Positions 55,282 through 64,000 of a DNA stretch of 64,000 bases are shown piece by piece. Position 1 is the stretch's first letter. Each line of letters begins with the position of its first letter. The stretch is from Eledone cirrhosa (lineage: Eukaryota), in the NCBI GenBank assembly GCA_964016885.1, contig OZ024752.1, positions 48,918,001 through 48,982,000 on the forward strand. Direction: 5' to 3'. Position numbers and translations under genes: made by a program. Below the pieces are notes generated by a model that worked only from the letters and a program-made list of their open reading frames with translations, was not told the DNA's origin and ran no database searches.

Positions 55282-56060
55282 AACATATATATGTAGGCAT
55301 ATAAATACGTATATATATATATATATACACAAACATATATATGTAGGCATATATATACACATATTTATATATATATATACAAACATATATATGTAAGCAT
55401 ATATATATACAAACATATATATGTATATATGTATATATATACATATATATGTTTATATATATATATACATATATATATATATACACTTCATCTAAATGAA
55501 TATATTCACTGGGAGATAATAAAAATTCATATACATTTAAACACAAACACACCATATCCCACTTTATATTTATAATGTATCTATATTGATGTAGGATTAA
55601 ATTGATTGAATGGTGATGTTTCCTCTACTACGAGTCTTGTTTTTTGTCATAGTTGTTGCTGTTGTTGTTGTTGTTGCTGTTGTTGATGAGGAGGAAAGAC
55701 GATGTCTTTGTGGTTGACTATAATACGGCATTTCCTTTCTCATTTATAAGACGTGTTGTTTTAATTTTTGCTTTTGCAGCTTTGGAAAATGGTCATTTGA
55801 AATAAACATATACCATATAAATTTTACGTTTGTTTCAGGGATAAATAGCTAAATCCCTGGATTGACTGTCTTAAGATATGACAGCCTGGTTTCTTCTGTG
55901 TGGAGATGGTGGAGGAGGAGGAGGATGGGGGGTGAGGGGTGGAGGGTGAGTTGGAGGAGTAAGGGGTGATGAGGAGAGAGAGGGAGGACAGAGAGAGTAG
56001 AGAGATAGAAACTAAATAGAGACAGTGAGAGAGAGAGAGAGAGAGAGACAGATAGACACT

Positions 56061-56095
<35 letters not shown>

Positions 56096-56423
56096 TAGAC
56101 ACTAAAGAGAGAGAGAGAGAGAGAGACAGATAGATAGCAAGGAGTGAAACGATGTTTGAGAGAAGAGCAAGAGAGAGAGAGAGAGAGAGATACTGAGAAT
56201 TCAGTAAGACAATAAGTGGAACAAAAGACAGAGAAAGAAACAAAGAGAAAGAGGGAAAGAAAAAGAACAAATGAAGTAGAGGAGGGGGGGGGGGGAATGA
56301 AGTAGAAAGAAAGAAAGAAGAAACGGAAGAAAAGCTATGACAATATTTTGATAAACTTTAAATGCAAAACAACCAATAATTACATAAATGAAGCAGTTTA
56401 CATATGTACACACATATACACAA

Positions 56424-56472
<49 letters not shown>

Positions 56473-57254
56473 AACACACACACACATATATATATATATA
56501 CATACACAAACACACATATATATATATACATACACACACAAACACACACATATATATATATATATACACATATACACAAACACACACATATATATATATA
56601 TGTACACACATATACACAAACACACACACATATATATATACACACATACACAAACGCACACTATATATATATACAAACACATACACAAATACACACATAT
56701 ATATACACACATACACAAACATATATATATAAATATACACACACATACACAAACACACACATATATATATGTACACACATACACAAACACACACATATAT
56801 ATGTACACAAATATACACAAACACACACACACGCATATATTTATATATACACACATAAACAAACACACATATATATATATACATAGACACATACACAAAC
56901 ACACATATATACATACACATCATCATCATTTTACCTCCGCTTTTCCCTGCTTGCAAGGGTGAGACGGACAACATATAAACTTATACATACAGAAATTCCT
57001 ATATACATAGAAGTACACCAAGATACACAAAAAACACAGACACACACACATATATATTACATACATGCATATATACATTAATACATACATATAAGTACAT
57101 CCAAATACACAAATATATAAAAATACACTCACATACACAAATATTATATACATACATATATATATATATATACACACAAACATATATATATATATATACA
57201 CATATATACACACATGAACACAAATATGTGATTGTATGCATTAATATCGACAGT

Positions 57255-57478
57255 CAGTCAATCAATCGACTTTCATGAAATCAGACTGAGGAAACAATGT
57301 TTCCATTGGTCTTTTTAATTGCTAACACTATCTATTGGCTGCAACTCAAAGGTAGAAAGAGCAGTGAGAAATAAAGTGTCTTGCCCAAGGACATAAGGCA
57401 TCGACCGGTCCAGGGAATCAAACTCACAACCTCAAGATGACAAATCTAATTCTCTACCAACTCAGCCATGCGCCTTCA
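57255..57478 (-). mobile_element. tRNA-derived CORE-type SINE (family E); partial copy at ~40445-40561
   Basis: Head tgaaggcgcatggctgagttggtagag; CORE-like ccttgggcaagacactttattt; body atcgactttc...aacaatgtttcc shared with 40.4 kb. Confidence 0.7.
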
Positions 57479-57489
57479 CACGTATATAT

Positions 57490-57830
57490 CATCATTCATT
57501 ATTTCATTTTACGTACGCTTTTTCCCTGCTTGCAAGGGTGGGACGGGAACTGATTCTGGCTTGATTTCTACAGCTGGATGCCCTTCCTAACACCAACCTC
57601 ATTTACAGTGAGTGCTGGGTGCTTTTTTGCCGTGGCACCTCCACGACCACTTTGCAGTGGAATGATATAGACCCCAGTCCCTATCATCTCATTTCTACAG
57701 CTGAGTAAACTGGAGCAATGTGAAATAAAGTGTCTTGCTCAAGGAAACAACACATCACCCGGTCTGAGAATTGAACTCACAACCATTCGATTGCAAGGCC
57801 AATGCTCTAACCACTAAGCCATGTGCCTCC
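57490..57830 (-). mobile_element. SINE family B copy
   Basis: Near-identical to other family B copies. Confidence 0.9.
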
Positions 57831-57948
57831 ATATATATATGGCACATGTCTCTCAGACATGATACCCTTAATTTAATTTTGGATATATATATATAATATA
57901 TATACAATGATATTAAATAAATGGAAACTATATTTATGAAACCATATT

Positions 57949-58010
57949 TATTCTATTATATATATTTCAAGGATACCAAAAACTTTGGTACGCTTTCATC
58001 AGATAAAATA
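57949..58010 (-). ncRNA. Type I hammerhead motif (family of the 52.4-52.9 kb element)
   Basis: Minus strand: tattttat CTGATGA aag-cg-taccaaa-gtt-tttggta-tc-ctt GAAA tatata TA atagaata. Confidence 0.8.
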
Positions 58011-58181
58011 CAAAGTGAGTTTTATAAATTTTGACATAGCCAAGGAACATACCTTAACGGTTGAAGTTTTCCTTGGATATATAATATATATATATATATT
58101 TTGCTATATTTCAAGGGCATTTTGCCAATGAAAACACATGTACCATTTGATTTTCACTTCAATTTTATTATTAGTGGTTAG

Positions 58182-58223
<42 letters not shown>

Positions 58224-58230
58224 TACATAT

Positions 58231-58452
58231 ATCATCATCATCGTTTTTATGTCCATTTTTCCATCCTTGTATGAGTTTTACGAGTCCTTCTCCACACAGC
58301 ATCTCTTCAATACGCCACAATTCGAACACACGCATCATACAGTTGTCCTTTTGTACATTGGGAGAAACTATTTGCTTTCAACAGTGGGAGCAGTTCTCTA
58401 AACTTCTTCCATCCTATCCTTATTCTAACTATTATGATCTCAGAACATCCTC
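58231..58452 (-). mobile_element. Internally deleted RTE LINE fragment
   Basis: Minus translation GCSEIIIVRIRIGWKKFRELLPLLKANSFSQCTKGQLYDACVRI matches the 60.6-kb ORF, then jumps to an RTE tail with (GAT)n. Confidence 0.8.
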
Positions 58453-58676
58453 ATGAATTCATCAGAAGAAAACAGTCCCATACCAACTACTGCATCTTGA
58501 ATTGCATACGGGTCGCCATACGAAATGGTTATAATGAATATACGCATTATATAATCACATCTTTCTTAATGTTATTCTTATATACATAAAATAAAGTACC
58601 AGTAATGCACTGGGTAATTGCTGGCCTTGTGCCTAAAGTAGAAACAGTTATTCTTATATACATACATATATATAAA

Positions 58677-58880
58677 TTATAAATATAAGCTATCACCATA
58701 TTTTGACTGAAGAAATTAAAGAAATTATTTAGCGGAGAAATGGAAAAAGATGAGTATTGACGTACATGTACGTCAATACTCATCTTTTTCCATTTCTCTG
58801 AGGGTTCTTAACCCCACTATCAGGCTAAATAATTTCTTTAATTTCTTCAGTCAAAATACGGCGATAGCTTATATTTATAA
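58677..58880. repeat. Fold-back with perfect 64-bp central palindrome (58735-58798) and outer ~57-bp arms
   Basis: Centre gtaca|tgtac at 58766/58767; outer arms 58677-58733 and 58824-58880; ~25 nt present only on the right side. Confidence 0.88.
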
Positions 58881-59222
58881 ATTCAAGCTCGTTCGCTGTT
58901 TCGAAAATATTCTTACTTGATATATATATAAGAAAATTAGTTTTTTTTTTTAAATGAAAAAAAAACCGAGATGTCCTACACGAGTGAAAGTATAAGGAGA
59001 AAAGATGAAATCGAAAATGCATCTGGAGTCTTTTTAAGAAATATTTATTTGTTTCCTTTACCAGATTCATAGTTCTTATGCTTTTCAAAAGTGAGAATTG
59101 AGATGGTTTTTCTCACATATATATATAAAATAATTAGAATTTTATTTCTCGCCCTAGCACAGCTGATACATAAATATATGTATGCATATGTACACACATA
59201 TATATGTGTTTACATATGCATA

Positions 59223-59271
<49 letters not shown>

Positions 59272-59281
59272 TCAGCAATCA

Positions 59282-59324
<43 letters not shown>

Positions 59325-60378
59325 AGTTGATTGCTGAGAGAAAAGTGTACTCATTAGTGAAGTAGAATTTTAATATTCATTTATATTGAGGCTAAAAATA
59401 TATACATACATACATACACACACAATTACATACATACACACATATATAAACATACACACGCACACATACATAAACATAATTACATACACACATATATGAA
59501 CATACACACATAAACGTACACACATGCACACACACACACATATATATAAACGCACACACACACACATATAAACACACACACACATACATAAATGATACAA
59601 GGTGAAATCTAAACTTTACACTTATCAGAATATCCGAATATCCATCGGCAAAGGAAATATCTTTTATAGGCTTATTGGAAGTTAAATATCTCCCCCACCC
59701 CTCCCACTCTCCTACCTATACCTTCCTATTACCTAATCTTATTAATTTCATCATTCATCATCATTATCATTATTACTACTATTATTATTATTACTACTAC
59801 TACTTCTACTGATTTTGCTTAAATAAATAATTAAATGCAAATACAAATATACATATGCATACAAAGAGACATGTGTGTGTGTGTGTATGTGTGTGTATGC
59901 ATGTGTAGATATGTATGTATATCACATACATACATGCATATAGAAACACATACATACATGCAGGTTCACAAGCACATACATACATGCATATAGAAACACA
60001 TACATGCAGGTACACAAGCATATACATACATGCACACACATGCACATACAGAAACAAAAACACATACAGAAACAAATACACATACATGCAGACACACATG
60101 CACACACAAAATGTTTCTTTTTAAATTTATTTAATCAATATTTCTTCAATTTGTTATCTTCCTTTTGTTTTATATGATTTTGTTGTTATATATGTATATA
60201 TACATATATATATATGTATTATATATATGTATTATATATATATGTAATATATATATATATAATATATATATATATATGTTATATATATATGTTATATATA
60301 TATATGTAATATATATATATATGTAATATATATATATATGTGTAATATATATATATATATATCTAATATATATATATG

Positions 60379-60440
<62 letters not shown>

Positions 60441-60511
60441 TAATATATATATATATATATGTAATATATATATATATATATATATGTAATATATATATAT
60501 ATATATATATG

Positions 60512-60580
<69 letters not shown>

Positions 60581-60607
60581 GTAGCATATATATATATATG
60601 CAGTAGC

Positions 60608-62089
60608 ATCATTGTCAACTGCTACAAAGGTAAAGGCGATGCACTAGATAGAGGAAACTATAGAGGTATAAAGTTGATGGACCAGGTCATGAAAGTAACA
60701 GAAAGAGTTATAGCACAGCTGATTAGGGACCGGGTGAATATAGACGAGATGCAATTTGGGTTTGTACCAGGGAAAGGCACCACTGATGCCCTCTTCCTTG
60801 TGAGGCAATTACAGGAAAAGTACCTAGCTAAAAGTAAGCCACTCTACTTGGCATTTGTCGACCTTGAGAAAGCCTTTGACAGAGTTCCACGTGCAGTAAT
60901 CTGGTGGGCTCTTAGAAAACTAGGAGTAGATGAATGGCTTGTGAAAGCGGTACAAGCCATGTATAGGGGAGCAGTCAGCAAAGTTAGGATTGGCAATGAG
61001 TATAGCGAGGAATTTAGCGTACAGGTTGGGGTCCACCAGGGCTCTGTTCTTAGCCCTCTCCTGTTCATCATAGTCCTGCAGGCAATAACGGAGGAGTTTA
61101 AGACCGGATGCCCATGGGAACTCCTGTATGCTGATGACCTCGCACTCATAGCTGAATCTATGGTAGAACTAGAGAATAAATTCCAAACCTGGAAGCAGGG
61201 ACTAGAGAGAAAGGGCCTCAAAGTCAACATGACAAAGACTAAGGTCCTTATAAGTAGACGAGAAAACAGAACCCAGATCCCCTCAGGGAAATGGCCTTGC
61301 TCAGTATGTAGGAAAGGTGTAGGTAGGAACTCCATTCTTTGCCCCAAATGCAAACAATGGGTACACAAGAGATGTAGCGGGATCTCAGGAAGCTTAATTA
61401 AGAATGTAGGATTCACATGCAGCAGCTGTGCTGAAACAGCAAGCAAACAGCCACAGGAAACAAGTACCACCAATCTCTGGGAGGGCCCTGTAGAAACAGT
61501 AGACAGCTTCTGCTACCTGGGTGACCGAATTAGCAACGGAGGTGGGTGCTCAGAAAGTACAATAACTAGGGTAAGAACGGGATGGAAGAAGTTTAGGGAA
61601 CTACTACCACTGCTAGCTGCAAAAGGCTTCTCCCTCAGAATGAAAGGCAGACTGTATGATGCGTGTATCCGAACAGCGATGTTGCATGGTAGTGAGACCT
61701 GGGCGCTGAAGGTGGAAGACTTACGTAGATTAGAGAGAAACGAAGCCTGCATGCTCCGATGGATGTGTAACAGTAATATACGTGAACGACAAAGCATAAA
61801 TGAATTGAGAGAGAGACTGAGCATAAGAGGAATCAAATGCTGCGTGCAGGAGAGGCGGTTACGCTGGTATGGACATGTGATGCGTATGAAGGATGACAGC
61901 TGCATAAAAAGGTGCAGAGCACTAGAAGTTGATGGAAACCGCGGAGTGGGGAGACCCAAGATGACTTGGGATGAGGTGATAAAAGCCGACCTTACCCAAC
62001 TACACCTCTCAAAGTCAATGACACACGACCGTGACTTCTGGCGTCACGCAGTAATACAGGGTACCCGACCTCCCATGGGTACATGCTGA
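60608..62089 (+). mobile_element. 5'-truncated RTE-clade non-LTR retrotransposon; open reverse transcriptase frame with PHD-like zinc finger
   Basis: Frame opens at the (TA)n junction: [23 protein letters not shown]...QFGFVPGKGTTDA...FVDLEKAFDRV...GVHQGSVLSPLLF...YADD...FCYLG...RRLRWYGHVMR...GRPKMTW; no endonuclease domain retained. Confidence 0.95.
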
Positions 62090-62129
62090 AGCATATAAAC
62101 AACATGCCCCCCCCCCCCACCCCACCGCA

Positions 62130-62393
62130 AGGTGGTCGTGGAGGTGCCACGGCAAAAAAGCACCCAGCCCACACTGTAAAGTGGACGTGTAGGCGCCACG
62201 AAAAAGCACCCAGCACTCACTGTAAATGAGGTTGGTGTTAGGAAGGGCATCCAGCTGTAGAAATCAAGCCAGATCAGTTCCTGTATGAGCAAGGCATGGT
62301 CAGCCGACCAGACACTGCCCACAACAGGACAACCCGTCTAACCCATGCTAGCGTGGAAGAACGGACGTAAAACGGTGATGATGATGATGATGA
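62130..62393 (+). mobile_element. SINE 3' part: family B-like body with family C-like tail
   Basis: gtggtcgtggaggtgccacggcaaaaaagcaccc...aaatcaagccaga, then acccgtctaacccatgctagcgtggaagaacggacgtaaaacggtgatgat. Confidence 0.75.
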
Positions 62394-62512
62394 TATAATT
62401 TTTTTTTTCATGATGTAGCGTAGTTCATAGGTATTTTTGATCCTTATGAATGAATATAACACAGAGCGAGAGATGTTGACTTGATCGAGTATAATATTTG
62501 TTTTCACCTTTA

Positions 62513-62563
62513 TATGCTCAGATGATTCCAGACTTATATCTGAATGAAACGATTGTAAGCTAT
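62513..62563 (+). ncRNA. Hammerhead motif with U4>A core change, similar to 27552-27603
   Basis: gct cAgatga ttccaga-cttata-tctgaat GAAA c-gatt-g TA agc. Confidence 0.5.
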
Positions 62564-62591
62564 TAAATGTTTTAAACACATTTTGATTGTA

Positions 62592-62634
<43 letters not shown>

Positions 62635-63093
62635 TAACTCTTTTACCTGTTCCAGCTATCCGGCTGAGGCCATGCTGGAGCACCGCATATATATATATAT
62701 ATATGTATTTATTTCTTTTTAACATCCCTTCAATCTCTCCCCTTCAATACCAATCCCTGCCTGATATCCTTCCCTCAATTCTATCAAAACGAAACTTAAA
62801 ATCACGTAGTATAATAAAAATCTTTTTTAATTTCTGCACAGAATTCAAACCGTTTTGCAAGAGCGTCCATTCTTCCAGCATTGCAACATTGGATGGTAAA
62901 TCATTTCTTTTTCTCCTTCAAGTCAGTCAAACACAACAAAACAAAATCTCCATTTTATATTAATTATTCGACTCCCTAATCAGATTACATCGTCAGAAAA
63001 GCACGAGCTTGCAATGTAGAAAAATGAAATTCAACCAAGGATAAATTTCATAAAACATCACAACTTACAAGAATAGACAAACAACTTATTATT

Positions 63094-63126
<33 letters not shown>

Positions 63127-63204
63127 TATATGTTCATTGCTTTGTTTTGGTTGTGAGAATGTCATTTCTTTCCTTTATGTATATTTATTTGTGTGCAATA
63201 TGTC

Positions 63205-64000
63205 GCCTATATGTCTTTATGTATATGTGTGTATGTATGTCTTTATGTATATTTGCTTGTATGTGTATGTACATATGTATGTCTTTATGTATATCTGTAT
63301 CTATGTGTGTGTATGTATGTCTTTATATATATTTGCTTCTATGTGTATGTATGTCTTTATGTATTATATTTGCTTGTATATGTATATATATGTATGTCTT
63401 TATATATATTTGCTTGTATGTATATATATGTATGTCTTTATATATATTTGCTTGTATGTATATATATGTATTTGCTTGTATGTATATATATGTATGTCTT
63501 TATATATATTTACTTGTATGTATGTATATGTATGTCTTTATATATATTTGCTTGTATGTATGTATATGTATGTCTTTATATATATTTGCTTGTATGTATA
63601 TATATGTATGTCTTTATATATATTTGCTTGTATGTATGTATATGTGTGTCTTTATATATATTTGCTTGTATGTATATGTATGTGTGTCTTTATATATATT
63701 TGCTTGTATGTATATATATGTATGTCTTTATATATATTTGCTTGTATGTATATATATGTGTGTCTTTATATATATTTGCTTGTATGTATGTATATGTGTG
63801 TCTTTATATATATTTGCTTGTATGTATATGTATGTATGTCTTTATATATATTTGCTTGTATGTATATAAATGTGTGTCTTTATATATATTTGCTTGTATG
63901 TATATATATATGTATATCTTTATATATATTTGGGTATATATGCCATATATATGTATGTCTTTATATATATTTGCTTGTATGTGTATGTATATATATATAT
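63205..64000. repeat. ~40-bp microsatellite-derived minisatellite
   Basis: gtatgtctttatatatatttgcttgtatgtatatatat repeated to the window end. Confidence 0.88.

Noticed and set aside
60844-61959. Minus-strand ORFs of 209 and 148 aa
   Set aside because: Antisense shadows of the RTE reverse transcriptase frame.

Overview
Very AT-rich, microsatellite-saturated animal genomic DNA. The SINE and LINE repertoire looks octopod (an inference, not a database result). Almost all listed ORFs are artefacts of simple repeats. Real content: dozens of tRNA-derived SINEs; one 5'-truncated but open RTE-clade LINE (~60.6-62.1 kb) with a PHD-like zinc finger; RTE and CR1-type LINE 3' fragments; a piggyBac-like (TTAA) MITE that has seeded three different tandem arrays; and one possible terminal exon at 46.6 kb. 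The main unannotated signal is that many short unique islands between (TA)n tracts carry type I hammerhead ribozyme motifs. I count 11 with canonical CUGANGA+GAAA cores plus about 5 decayed ones, from about 7 unrelated families. Several lie in long fold-back inverted duplications and one sits beside a decayed GIY-YIG endonuclease remnant. This points to diverse (TA)n-associated, ribozyme-bearing Penelope-like or retrozyme-like elements. All structures were read by eye; coordinates may be off by a few bases.
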